Below are positions 10,117-19,021 of a stretch of 64,000 bases of DNA, piece by piece. A program made the position numbers and the translations under genes. The notes beneath the pieces were generated by a model, which saw nothing but the letters and a program-made list of their open reading frames with translations, had not been told where the DNA came from and searched no databases. The DNA lies in NCBI GenBank assembly GCA_913043225.1, contig CAJWLU010000002.1, positions 32,001 to 96,000 of the forward strand. The letters run 5' to 3'. The stretch comes from an uncultured Acidobacteriota bacterium. GTDB lineage: Bacteria; Acidobacteriota; Vicinamibacteria; Vicinamibacterales; UBA8438. Within the stretch, counting starts at the first letter, position 1; each line of letters starts with the position of its first letter.

Positions 10117-10300
10117 GGACCGGGTCGGCGGCGAGCTTGTCGGCCCAAGCATTCGCCTGCATCTCGGCCTCGTCTTGGGTTTGCCCTACCAGGATTACGG
10201 CGTCGAGCGGCTTGTCGTTGTCGCCGCGGGTCACCCAGGAAATCCAGTGGGCACCGCGGGACTCGGTGCGGACGGAGAGATCGCCTCTGGTAATCGTCAT
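10103..10300 (-). CDS. small hypothetical protein (65 aa)
   Basis: MTITRGDLSVRTESRGAHWISWV...VGQTQDEAE; globular composition; TACGAT hexamer upstream. Confidence 0.65.
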   Translation of the reverse strand: MTITRGDLSVRTESRGAHWISWVTRGDNDKPLDAVILVGQTQDEAEMQANAWADKLAADPVLIRS

Positions 10301-10449
10301 GGCCGGCCGGATCGTATCGCAGATCGTCGTGGCCGCGCCACGCGGCGGCTCTTCGATTGCGTGCCTGTTTCCGATTCTCATACAATCTGCCGTGGCTCGG
10401 GCTGGGCAACGGGGCCGCTCGGGTCTTCACGAGAGGAGTCGATTGAACG

Positions 10450-10671
10450 ATGGCATTGGCCTGCGCGGATTGTGGCAATGAGAAGAGCTTCCAGGTGAAG
10501 ACGCTCCAGATGCATGTCGTGCAGGTCGGGGGGGCCGAGTTGGAGCTGTCCGATCAGAGTGCCCCGGCGGTGTTCGAGCTGCTCTGCGACGAGTGCGAGA
10601 CCGAAGTCGATTTTGCCATCCTGGATGCCGAACAGCGTCGTGAGTTGATGCTTTTGCTGGGCGCCGGCTGA
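10450..10671 (+). CDS. small Zn-ribbon/rubredoxin-like protein (two CxxC)
   Basis: CADC...CDEC; GAGGAG Shine-Dalgarno; TACAAT at 10381. Confidence 0.75.
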   Translation: MALACADCGNEKSFQVKTLQMHVVQVGGAELELSDQSAPAVFELLCDECETEVDFAILDAEQRRELMLLLGAG

Positions 10672-10844
10672 CGCAGTCGCCCACCCGTAAGGATCGGGAG
10701 ATGCCCGTCGCCGTGGTGAACCTTCCTGTAGCTGCACAACAGACACTGCCAGCCGCCACGCTCGGACAAGGTGGCACCACAATCCGGGCAGGTGTGCAGG
10801 GTCGGTCCCGCGCCTCCAGCCTCGGGTGGAGGGGTCTCCGGCAT
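10554..10844 (-). CDS. possible small Zn-ribbon protein (CPDCG...CLLC); C-terminal tail doubtful
   Basis: The Cys-pair motif is clear, but the tail overlaps the convergent ORF 10450-10671 by 118 nt. Confidence 0.4.
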   Translation of the reverse strand: MPETPPPEAGGAGPTLHTCPDCGATLSERGGWQCLLCSYRKVHHGDGHLPILTGGRLRQPAPSKSINSRRCSASRMAKSTSVSHSSQSSSNTAGAL

Positions 10845-10872
10845 GGGCGAACAGTAGCGTCTGGGTCCTCTG

Positions 10873-10902
10873 TTGACATGCTCGGAGACGCACTCCTATC
10901 GT
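10873..10902 (+). promoter_or_regulatory. sigma70-type promoter for the J-like gene/mrp
   Basis: TTGACA-N18-TATCGT, 9 nt before ATG 10912. Confidence 0.55.
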
Positions 10903-10911
10903 AGGTGGACC

Positions 10912-11508
10912 ATGCGCTACCACCATCGCAGGCTCGGGCTTCCGGAGGACGCCGATCTCCGCGAGATTCGGCGCGCCTACATGGAGCTTGCGCGTCAGTA
11001 TCAGCGGGACGCCGCATCGGATGCGTCCGAGCAACTGGCTGCCCTGCATCGCGCCTATGTCGTGCTCAGCGACCCGGGGCGGCCCGCTGGCGCTGACCGG
11101 GTCACGGCGTGGCGCCGTTTCGGGGGACGAGAGGCGTTCGCCGACGAGGTGGACATCGATTTTCCATCGGTCGCTGGCCTGGTTGAACGCATGAGGGCTA
11201 CCTTCTTCGGGCCTGCGCTGGACGAGGCGGTCGCGGCCGAGGTCCGGCTCACACCAGTGCAGGCAACCACCGGGACGAAGATACCGGTGGATGTGTCCCT
11301 GCGGCATACTTGTCCGGTGTGCGGCGGGCGCGGCGAAGTGTGGCTCGACCCGTGCGGCGCCTGTGCCGGGAGCGGCGACGGGCTGCTGCCGCACCAGTTT
11401 CAACTGGTGGTGCCTCCCGGCGTTCGCGATGGCACCTACCTCCAGTTCCACATCGAGCCGTCTTACGCTCCAGCCAAGCAGTTCCAGGTCCGGATCACCG
11501 TCCAGTAA
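10912..11508 (+). CDS. DnaJ-like protein: degenerate J-domain (HPD replaced by QRD), two CxxCxGxG repeats, partial C-terminal domain
   Basis: LGLPEDADLREIRRAYMELARQYQRD...AYVVLSDP; CPVCGGRG, CGACAGSG; VVPPGVRDG. Confidence 0.8.
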   Translation: MRYHHRRLGLPEDADLREIRRAYMELARQYQRDAASDASEQLAALHRAYVVLSDPGRPAGADRVTAWRRFGGREAFADEVDIDFPSVAGLVERMRATFFGPALDEAVAAEVRLTPVQATTGTKIPVDVSLRHTCPVCGGRGEVWLDPCGACAGSGDGLLPHQFQLVVPPGVRDGTYLQFHIEPSYAPAKQFQVRITVQ

Positions 11509-11575
11509 CCATGACGAACGGCCCGGCCGTCTAGGCCAAGACCGACCTCGCGCTATCGTCCTGAGGAATCCGTCG

Positions 11576-12664
11576 ATGACAACACAGACCGTCGAACCGG
11601 CCGCGGTACTCGAAGCCCTCCGGGTCGTGCAGGACCCGGACCTCGGCCGCGACATCGTGAGCCTCGACTTCGTCAAAGACTTGCAGGTGTCGGACGGTAT
11701 CGTGACGTTCGCCATCGAGCTCACGACCCCGGCCTGCCCGGTTAAGGACCAGCTGCACGATCAGGCCGTGGCCGCCGTGTATGTCTTGCCTGGCGTCAGC
11801 GAGGTCAAGGTTCAGATGACGTCGAACGTTCGGGCGGTGGCCTCGCCCGAGGAGGGGCGCGCCCCGATTCCTGGCGTCAAGAACATCATCGCGGTGGGTG
11901 CCGGCAAGGGCGGCGTCGGCAAGAGCACCGTCGCCGTGAACCTGGCCCTCGCGCTCGCTCGCTACGGGGGACGGGTCGGGCTTATGGATGCGGACGTCTA
12001 CGGTCCGAACGTGCCAATCATGCTCGGCATCAAGACGCAGCTCGAGACCGACGGGAAGAAGATCGTGCCGGCCGAGAAGTTCGGTATTCCGGTGGTCTCT
12101 ATGGGGTTCCTTACCCAGGACGAGACGCCCATCATCTGGCGCGGGCCAATGCTCCACGGTGTCGTCCAGCAGTTCTTTCGTGAGGTGCGATGGGACGAGC
12201 TCGACTACCTGGTTGTGGATATGCCGCCAGGCACTGGCGACGTGGCTCTCAGTCTGAGTCAGACGGTGCCCGTCTCTGGCGCGGTGGTCGTCACCACGCC
12301 ACAGACCGTGTCGGTGGCCGATTCCCGTCGCGCTTTGGCGATGTATAAGAAGCTCAACGTGCCCACGCTCGGTCTGGTTGAGAACATGAGCCACTTCGTT
12401 TGCCCCGGGTGCGAGACCGAAAGCGACATCTTCGGCAAGGGTGGCGGCGAGGCGGCGGCCGAGGACATGGGCGTGCCCTTCCTCGGGCGGATTCCGATCT
12501 ACCAGCCGATTCGCGAAGGGGGCGATAGCGGCAATCCGGTCGTGGTGACTGAACCCGAGTCGGCGGCTGCCCGCGCGTTCCTCGATGTGGCGGAGCGGAC
12601 TGCGGCGCAGGTGTCGATCGCCGCGCTCGACCCGGCGCCGTTCTCGTCCGTGCCGGTGTCTTGA
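11576..12664 (+). CDS. mrp: Mrp/NBP35 (ApbC) Fe-S cluster carrier ATPase with an N-terminal FeS-assembly (DUF59) domain
   Basis: DPDLGRDIV, TTPACP, GKGGVGKST, DADVYGP, WRGPM, DMPPGTGD, ENMSHFVCPGC. Confidence 0.95.
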   Translation: MTTQTVEPAAVLEALRVVQDPDLGRDIVSLDFVKDLQVSDGIVTFAIELTTPACPVKDQLHDQAVAAVYVLPGVSEVKVQMTSNVRAVASPEEGRAPIPGVKNIIAVGAGKGGVGKSTVAVNLALALARYGGRVGLMDADVYGPNVPIMLGIKTQLETDGKKIVPAEKFGIPVVSMGFLTQDETPIIWRGPMLHGVVQQFFREVRWDELDYLVVDMPPGTGDVALSLSQTVPVSGAVVVTTPQTVSVADSRRALAMYKKLNVPTLGLVENMSHFVCPGCETESDIFGKGGGEAAAEDMGVPFLGRIPIYQPIREGGDSGNPVVVTEPESAAARAFLDVAERTAAQVSIAALDPAPFSSVPVS

Positions 12665-12670
12665 GCCCGC

Positions 12671-13384
12671 CTATCGCTGGGCTTCGCCGGTCATCGGGAC
12701 GAACAGCACCGGTAGGATTTCGCTCCGCGTGACCCCGTCGGCCGTCCGCGTCAGAACCGTCAGCATCTGGCGATCGTCGCCGACCGGGATGATCATCAAG
12801 CCTCCCAGGGCGAGCTGGTCGATGAGCGGCTGGGGCACGTGGTCTGGCGCCGCGGTCACCATGATGGCGTCGAACGGCGCTGCGTCCGGCCAACCGGCGT
12901 AGCCGTCGCCTTCCCGTAACTGGACGTTCTGGTACCCCAGACGAGTGAGGCGCTCGCGCGACCGGGTCGCGAGCTCAGGGACGATCTCGATCGAATGAAC
13001 GGTGTCGACCAACTCGGCCAGCACTGCGGTCTGATAGCCCGATCCGGTGCCCACCTCGAGTACCCTGGCGGCAGGGTCGAGTGCCAGCGCCTGTGTCATG
13101 AAGGCGACGATGTAGGGCTGCGAGATCGTCTGCCGATAGCCGATCCGCAGCGGCCGGTCGTCGTGGGCGTAGAGGCGCTGGTCGAGGGGCACGAATTCCT
13201 CTCGCGGCACCTGGAGCATCGCCTCCAGCACCCGTTCGTCGGTGATGTCGCGCCCGCGCAGATGCTCCTCGACCATGCGCATGCGGGCCTCCTCGTACGG
13301 GGATTGGCGCGGCGCGGCGGTGACCGGTGTGACCGGACCGATCTCGGCGGTGAGAGCGGGCCCGCATGATGTGGCCGCGAGCAC
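12671..13384 (-). CDS. pcm: protein-L-isoaspartate O-methyltransferase (start uncertain; GTG 13384 or ATG 13282)
   Basis: [52 protein letters not shown]. Confidence 0.93.
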   Translation of the reverse strand: MLAATSCGPALTAEIGPVTPVTAAPRQSPYEEARMRMVEEHLRGRDITDERVLEAMLQVPREEFVPLDQRLYAHDDRPLRIGYRQTISQPYIVAFMTQALALDPAARVLEVGTGSGYQTAVLAELVDTVHSIEIVPELATRSRERLTRLGYQNVQLREGDGYAGWPDAAPFDAIMVTAAPDHVPQPLIDQLALGGLMIIPVGDDRQMLTVLTRTADGVTRSEILPVLFVPMTGEAQR

Positions 13385-13402
13385 CGTCAGCGCCAGGGAG
13401 AC

Positions 13403-14122
13403 GTGAAACCGATGTTCTTGCTGTTTGTCGCCGCCGGTTTCGGGCTGTTGACGCTCGCTCACGTCGCCCCTTTCCCCTTCCTCCTGGACAGGCTGGCTTC
13501 CGACACGGCGCGCTGGGAGATGCCAGCCGAGGAAGGAACCCGGCGAGTGTATCTCACGTTCGACGACGGCCCGAATCCCACCGCGACGCCAGCACTGCTC
13601 GACGTGCTGGCTCGTCATGAGGCGCACGCCACCTTCTTCATCCTCGACCGGCACCTCACCACGGAAACGGCGTCACTGGTGATCCGGATGTTCGAAGAGG
13701 GGCATGCGGTGGCCCTGCACTCCCACACGCGTCGGCTGATGGCGCTCCGTCCCGAGCGGCTGGCCGAGACGCTCGTGGCCAACGCCGATCGCATCGAGCA
13801 GTTGGCTGGACACCGGCCATGTCCCGCGTTCCGGCCGCACGGAGGATGGCGGAGTGGCCAGATGTACGTTGGGCTCGACTTGATCGACCACACGTTGATC
13901 GGCTGGGGCTGGTTTCTGTGGGACTGGGATTGGTTCCGAGCTCGCGACCCGGCACGCCTGGCACGTCGTTTCGTCGCCCGTGTGTCCGATGGCGACATCA
14001 TCGTCATGCACGATGGCCATCACGAGGATCCGAGACCGGACCGTCGGTACAGCGTCGAAGCGACTGACTTGATGGTGCCCGAGCTCCGCGAACGAGGGTT
14101 CGAGCTTGGGACGATCTGCTAG
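13403..14122 (+). CDS. polysaccharide deacetylase (NodB/CE4 family)
   Basis: LTFDDGP, ATFF, HSHTR, FRPHGG, IIVMHDG; N-terminal hydrophobic segment. Confidence 0.9.
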   Translation: MKPMFLLFVAAGFGLLTLAHVAPFPFLLDRLASDTARWEMPAEEGTRRVYLTFDDGPNPTATPALLDVLARHEAHATFFILDRHLTTETASLVIRMFEEGHAVALHSHTRRLMALRPERLAETLVANADRIEQLAGHRPCPAFRPHGGWRSGQMYVGLDLIDHTLIGWGWFLWDWDWFRARDPARLARRFVARVSDGDIIVMHDGHHEDPRPDRRYSVEATDLMVPELRERGFELGTIC

Positions 14123-14156
14123 TCCGGGGTTCGCACCGATACCGGGGACCAGGCGC

Positions 14157-15989
14157 CTACTGTGGCTCGACCTCTGGACCGAGCCAGGCATCCATCCGTC
14201 CCTGCTGGTCCCGGCTCGGAGATTCGAGCGGCGCGAGCTCCCACTGCTCGGCCGGGGCCGCCTCGACCCGCACCACCAGTTCACGCAGCTCACCGCGCCG
14301 CGCGATCAGCACCGGTAGATCGGTGCCGGGAGCGAAGGCCGCGATTCGTTCGTTCCATTCCGCAGGGAGTACGCGGTGGTCGCCGATGGCTAGGATCTCG
14401 TCGTCGACATTGAAGCCGGCGGTGCGGGCCGGTGTGTCTCGTCGAACCTGACTTACCAGCAGCCGTCCGCCGGCGTTCCTTGCTCGTAGCCCGACCCAGC
14501 CCTGCTCTTCATCAGGCGGGGGTCCCACGAGCTCCAGGCCAAGCCACTGCAGTGCCTCGTCATAGTCGAGCTCGCCGGTGCCGTCGACCGTACGTTGGAA
14601 CCAGCTCGATAGGTCGACGCCGGCCACTTCGGCGGCAGTCGCGCGGAACTCGGCGGGGGTGTAGCCTCGCTCGCCAGAGTAGCGTTCGTAGGCCGTCCGC
14701 AGGAGGTCGTCGAGTGTTCGTGCGCCACCAGTGGCCGTGCGGATCCGCATGTCGAGGAGGAACGCGACCACGGCGCCCTTGGTGTAGTAGCTCACCGAGG
14801 TGTTGGGACTGTTTTCGTCGGCCCTGTAGTACTTGATCCACGCGTCGTATGAAGACAGGGCCAGCGGTTGTACCTCGCGACCCGGAGTGGTCTGGAGTGA
14901 CTCGATCTGCCCTGACAGCGCCTCCAGATACTCCTCGCGGCTGGAGAGCCCGGCCCGGTGCACGAGCAGGTCGTCGTAATACGATGTCACTCCCTCGACA
15001 ATCCACAAGCTTTCGGTATGTACCTCCCGCTCGTAGTTAAACGGGCCGAGCTCGAGCGGACGTAGCTGCTTGACGTTCCAGGCGTGGAACAGCTCGTGGC
15101 TCACTAGGGCCAACCAGCGGAGATAACGGGAGCGTGACGAGGTTGCCCAGCGGCTCGTCATCAGGAGCGTCGAGTTTCTGTGTTCGAGCCCACCGCCCGC
15201 CTCCGTGATCATGTTGAGGAACAGATACCGGTCGTAGGGCAGCTGGCCCCAGAGGTCCCGGATCTCGCGGGTGAGCGTCTCGACATCCCGGGCCGATTCG
15301 GAGCCGTGCCAGACGCTAGACTCACCGACGTTGACCAGGAGGTGTGGCACCTCGTCGACAGCGAACTCGTAAATAGCCGGATCACCGGTCACGATCGGAG
15401 TGTCTACGAGCGTGTCGAAGTCCACGGCGCGGTAGCTGTGGGGACCCCGGTCCTGTCGTGGCGTGAGCCCGGTCATGCTGCGATACCAGTGGGCTGGCAG
15501 CTCGAGGGTGACGTCATGCGGGCGCGGCTCGGTCTCGTCGGCCAGCGTCAGGAAGGTGGGGGCGCCATTGAGCATGGCGAAATCCGTCTCGATCCAGTTC
15601 GTGCGCACCGACATCTCGCGCCCGTACACCTGATAGGACACGATCACGCGGGGATGACCTTCGGTAGTGATCTGCCATCGGTTCTTCTGGGTCTTCACGA
15701 CCGACAGCGCCGTACCGTCCGGTGCCTGGCCGCGGACGTTCTCCACGTGGCGAGCGAACTCACGCACTAGATACGACCCAGGTGTCCAGACCGCCATCAT
15801 CAGCTCGATCTCGGCCGCACCATCGGTGGGTACTTCGGCCACCACGTCGACGTAGTGGGTGTGCGGAGCCGGAAAGCTGACCGTGTAGTCGATCGGTTCG
15901 GCCGGTTGAGCGATTGCCGGAACGGTCGACAGTAGCAGTCCGGCGACCGACAACGGGACGGTGCTCCACGTTAGGGTGAGGTGTCTCAT
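14157..15989 (-). CDS. M61 glycyl aminopeptidase family with C-terminal PDZ domain, secreted
   Basis: WTPGSYLVREF, GGGLEHRNST, HELFHAWNVK, LWIVEGVTSYY, SYYTKG; signal peptide. Confidence 0.93.
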   Translation of the reverse strand: MRHLTLTWSTVPLSVAGLLLSTVPAIAQPAEPIDYTVSFPAPHTHYVDVVAEVPTDGAAEIELMMAVWTPGSYLVREFARHVENVRGQAPDGTALSVVKTQKNRWQITTEGHPRVIVSYQVYGREMSVRTNWIETDFAMLNGAPTFLTLADETEPRPHDVTLELPAHWYRSMTGLTPRQDRGPHSYRAVDFDTLVDTPIVTGDPAIYEFAVDEVPHLLVNVGESSVWHGSESARDVETLTREIRDLWGQLPYDRYLFLNMITEAGGGLEHRNSTLLMTSRWATSSRSRYLRWLALVSHELFHAWNVKQLRPLELGPFNYEREVHTESLWIVEGVTSYYDDLLVHRAGLSSREEYLEALSGQIESLQTTPGREVQPLALSSYDAWIKYYRADENSPNTSVSYYTKGAVVAFLLDMRIRTATGGARTLDDLLRTAYERYSGERGYTPAEFRATAAEVAGVDLSSWFQRTVDGTGELDYDEALQWLGLELVGPPPDEEQGWVGLRARNAGGRLLVSQVRRDTPARTAGFNVDDEILAIGDHRVLPAEWNERIAAFAPGTDLPVLIARRGELRELVVRVEAAPAEQWELAPLESPSRDQQGRMDAWLGPEVEPQ

Positions 15990-16180
15990 GGTATTTCTAC
16001 GAGGGCTTCCAGGCAGTCGAGATGGACCGCCGTCGCGACGTCGCCGTCTATCTCGAGCGCCGAAGCTCGTCCAGCGCAGCGGGAGGGCAGCATGCCGGCA
16101 TCGCTCAGGTTGGTCAGCGCGGAGGTCGGAACGACAGGCCCGTTCGGTCCGGTCCAGACCGCGAAGACACACGTTGTCAT
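15986..16180 (-). CDS. small hypothetical ORF coupled (ATGA overlap) to the M61 peptidase; may be a remnant
   Basis: Its stop overlaps the peptidase ATG; no family recognised. Confidence 0.3.
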   Translation of the reverse strand: MTTCVFAVWTGPNGPVVPTSALTNLSDAGMLPSRCAGRASALEIDGDVATAVHLDCLEALVEIP

Positions 16181-16328
16181 AGAAACCGCCAGGATCAGGC
16201 GCGGACTGACCGCAGAGGACTGCACTCTCTCAGTCTACCCGCTCCGCCCAAGGGTCACTAGCGGGCGGCGTGTGCCAGAGCCAATGGATTCTGCACCCCG
16301 ATATTGCGTCCCACCTCGGAGACCGGAA

Positions 16329-16344
16329 TGTGACCGATCTCACA
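16329..16344. promoter_or_regulatory. CRP/FNR-family binding site (perfect CRP consensus)
   Basis: TGTGA-CCGATC-TCACA in intergenic DNA; CAATAT -10-like hexamer on the minus strand at 16301-16306. Confidence 0.5.
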
Positions 16345-16361
16345 GGATCGGTGGAGTGTGT

Positions 16362-17348
16362 CTAGGAGTGTCGCCGAGCCGCCGCCGCGACTGCGGCGCC
16401 GATCAAGCCGACGCGGGGCTCGAGGATAACGGCTACCGGGAACCGCTCGGTTAGCGACCGCAGAGCGCCCTTGTTGCGAAACGCGTCGAGAAAGGTGCCG
16501 TTTCTGAGAGCCGGCAGGATCTTCGTCGGGATGCCGCCGCCGAGGAAGACGCCTCCGCGGGCTAGCGTTCGCAGTCCCAGATCGCCGGCGGCCGCTCCGA
16601 GCGCAGAGACGAATCGCTCAAGCGTCCGTTCGCAGCCGGCGCAGCGGCCGTCGAGCGCGGCGGTCGACACTGCCACCGCGTCAGGTGGTTCCTCCTCGTC
16701 GGAGCTGCGGCAAGCCGCTTCCCTGTGTGCATGACGATGAAACCTGACTAGACCCGGTCCTGACAGCAGTTCTCCCCGGCCGACGTGACCCAGGCTCGAC
16801 CGGAGTTCGGCGACTAACTCGTGCTCCTCTGCGGTCCTTGCCGCAAAGTCGGCATGGCCGCCTTCGGACGGGAGCGGCACCCAGCTGTCCCGTACCCGGT
16901 GTAGCGACGCCTCGCCGAGATGGGTGCCGGGTGCGATGACGGCAATCGCTCCCTCGCGCGTCGGCTCGCCAGGCTGGAGGATCGTCACTTCCGAGTTGTG
17001 GAGGTAGGGTACGGCGTAGGCCATCGCGACCAGGTCGTTCATGACGAGCACCGGACTGCGGCCAAGGGTGCGGCCAAGGTGGTCACCGTCGACTCGCCAG
17101 CGGACGTTGGTGAGGTTGGAGGCGTTGCCTTCGACCGGTCCGGCGACGCCGATCGCCGTCCCTCGGATCCGGCTCGGCTCAGCGCCGCTTTCCTCCAGAA
17201 AGCGGTCTACGAGATCAGTCAGCCCATCCCACTCGAGCGTCGGATACTGGCGCTCGTTGACGAGTTCGGGACGAGGGAAGGCGTCCGAGAACAGACCGAG
17301 CCATGTCTTGGTGCCGCCGACGTCGCCTGCCAGGAGCAATGAGGACAT
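16362..17348 (-). CDS. glk: glucokinase (Glk family)
   Basis: LAGDVGGTKT, GVAGPV, LTNVRW, MNDLVA, PSEGGHADF, LSGPGL, GGVFLGGGI. Confidence 0.92.
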   Translation of the reverse strand: MSSLLLAGDVGGTKTWLGLFSDAFPRPELVNERQYPTLEWDGLTDLVDRFLEESGAEPSRIRGTAIGVAGPVEGNASNLTNVRWRVDGDHLGRTLGRSPVLVMNDLVAMAYAVPYLHNSEVTILQPGEPTREGAIAVIAPGTHLGEASLHRVRDSWVPLPSEGGHADFAARTAEEHELVAELRSSLGHVGRGELLSGPGLVRFHRHAHREAACRSSDEEEPPDAVAVSTAALDGRCAGCERTLERFVSALGAAAGDLGLRTLARGGVFLGGGIPTKILPALRNGTFLDAFRNKGALRSLTERFPVAVILEPRVGLIGAAVAAAARRHS

Positions 17349-17486
17349 GACCGTCAGTGACCGGGAGTGACGGATGGCGCGTGTAAGTGACTTGACATGC
17401 GCATCATTCTCATTCATCTTTCGGCCCGGCGCGTCGGCATGTGTGCTCAGCCAGCCATCTCGCGCTGATTGGCCAACGGGATTGCG

Positions 17487-18650
17487 ATGAGCCTGCCCCC
17501 GGCAGAAGTAGCCTCTCCTTCCGATTCTCCGTTTCTCGACCAGGTTGTCGTGTTCTCCGGAAAGCTGGCTTCGGTCGGCCGTCGGGAAGCTCGAGAGCTT
17601 GTTGAACGTCTGGGCGGCGTGATCGCTGACGAGGTGACGAGCCGGACCACGATGCTGATCGTGGGGGCGGGGGACGCCGAGTGTCGTGAGCGGGACGACG
17701 CTGAGCGGCCTGCATCCACCAAGGTGCGCAAGGCTCATCAGATCAACGCGGCGTCCCCCGATTCGGTCTGCATCCTTCAAGAGAAGGATTTCTGTCGCCT
17801 GGGTGGATTGATGTCGGCCGACGCGCTCGACCGCCAGTACTACAGCGTCCGCCAGATCCGGGACAAGTATCCGGCCGTGCGCGAGGACCAGCTCAGGTAC
17901 CTCGAGAAGTGGGCGCTCGTCCGGCCGGTCGCGCGTACCGACACAGGTCGCTACTTCGGGTTTCAGGACCTACGCACCATCCGCGAGATCAGTGAGGCAC
18001 TGGAGAGCGGTGTGCCCTTCCGGGTGTTGGTGAGGAGCATGGTGGCGGCCCGCGACGGGCAGCTTACGCTCGACTTTGGTCAACGGGCGGGCGAGCCGCA
18101 GCCGATGAAGGTGGTGGCGCTGACCAGGCCGCGTGTCGAGCCGGGGGCGCCGGTGGGGGTCTTGGAGGTCGGGCCGTCAACTTCCGCTCAGTCGTCGTTG
18201 GCCGCCCGATACTTTAAGGAAGGAGCGTCGCTCGACGAAGGAACCGAGGGCGACCAGGAGCAGGCGCGCCTGGCCTACCGAAAGGCACTGTTGCTCGACC
18301 CAAACCTGGTGCCGGCTCTCGTTAACCTTGCCAACATCTACTATGCGCGGGACGAGCTGGTGGAAGGGCAGGCTCTCTACGAGCGGGCCATGCACCTAGA
18401 CCCCGAGTGCTTCGAGGCATACTTCAACTTGGGGAACATCCACCACGACCTCGGACGATACCTCGACGCGCTCGAGCACTACCGCGTCGCTATCGGGATC
18501 AATCCGAGCTACGCCGACGCGCACTTCTACCTCGCGGTCACGCTGGAGAAGATCGGCCACTCGGCCGAGGCCAAGGCGCACTGGCGCTCCTATCGCGATC
18601 TCGCTCCTGAAGGTGAGTGGGTCGAACTTGCCAAAGAGTTCAGTGAGTAG
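17487..18650 (+). CDS. BRCT + MerR-like HTH + TPR protein
   Basis: VVVFSGKL...ELVERLGG...TTMLIVG...KVRKA (BRCT); YSVRQI...LRYLEKWALVRP...RYFGFQDL (MerR-like); TPRs ALVNLANIY, AYFNLGNI, AHFYLAVTL. Confidence 0.85.
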   Translation: MSLPPAEVASPSDSPFLDQVVVFSGKLASVGRREARELVERLGGVIADEVTSRTTMLIVGAGDAECRERDDAERPASTKVRKAHQINAASPDSVCILQEKDFCRLGGLMSADALDRQYYSVRQIRDKYPAVREDQLRYLEKWALVRPVARTDTGRYFGFQDLRTIREISEALESGVPFRVLVRSMVAARDGQLTLDFGQRAGEPQPMKVVALTRPRVEPGAPVGVLEVGPSTSAQSSLAARYFKEGASLDEGTEGDQEQARLAYRKALLLDPNLVPALVNLANIYYARDELVEGQALYERAMHLDPECFEAYFNLGNIHHDLGRYLDALEHYRVAIGINPSYADAHFYLAVTLEKIGHSAEAKAHWRSYRDLAPEGEWVELAKEFSE

Positions 18651-18671
18651 AGCAACCCCTGTCAGGGGTTG

Positions 18672-18995
18672 CTAGTACGGGTAGTCGTCTTCGAAGTCGT
18701 CTGACTTTGCGCGTTTCTTGGGAGTGCGGCGGAGCTTGTACAGTATACAGTCGGGACACCAGGCCTCGGCGCTAAAGCCGCTCTTGCCCGCGTAGGGCAA
18801 GACGTCGCGATTCGAGCAGTACTCTTTCCCGCTCTCCTCGGCGTGGAAGCGGCACTTTTTGAATCTGGCCTCTGCCGGACTGGGCTCCGCCGCTGGCTTT
18901 GGGGTCGGCGGCTCGGTGGTGGCTGGTTCGGTCGGGACCGGGTCGGCGGGCAGCGGTTCTGCGCTTCCCGGCGGGCTGTCGGACTCGTCGAACAT
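18672..18995 (-). CDS. small Cys-rich hypothetical protein with Pro-rich N-terminus
   Basis: CRFH...YCSN...WCPDC motif; lies just downstream of the DEAD-box helicase. Confidence 0.7.
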   Translation of the reverse strand: MFDESDSPPGSAEPLPADPVPTEPATTEPPTPKPAAEPSPAEARFKKCRFHAEESGKEYCSNRDVLPYAGKSGFSAEAWCPDCILYKLRRTPKKRAKSDDFEDDYPY

Positions 18996-19021
18996 CTCAG
19001 TTGATTCCGTGTGCTCGCCTG

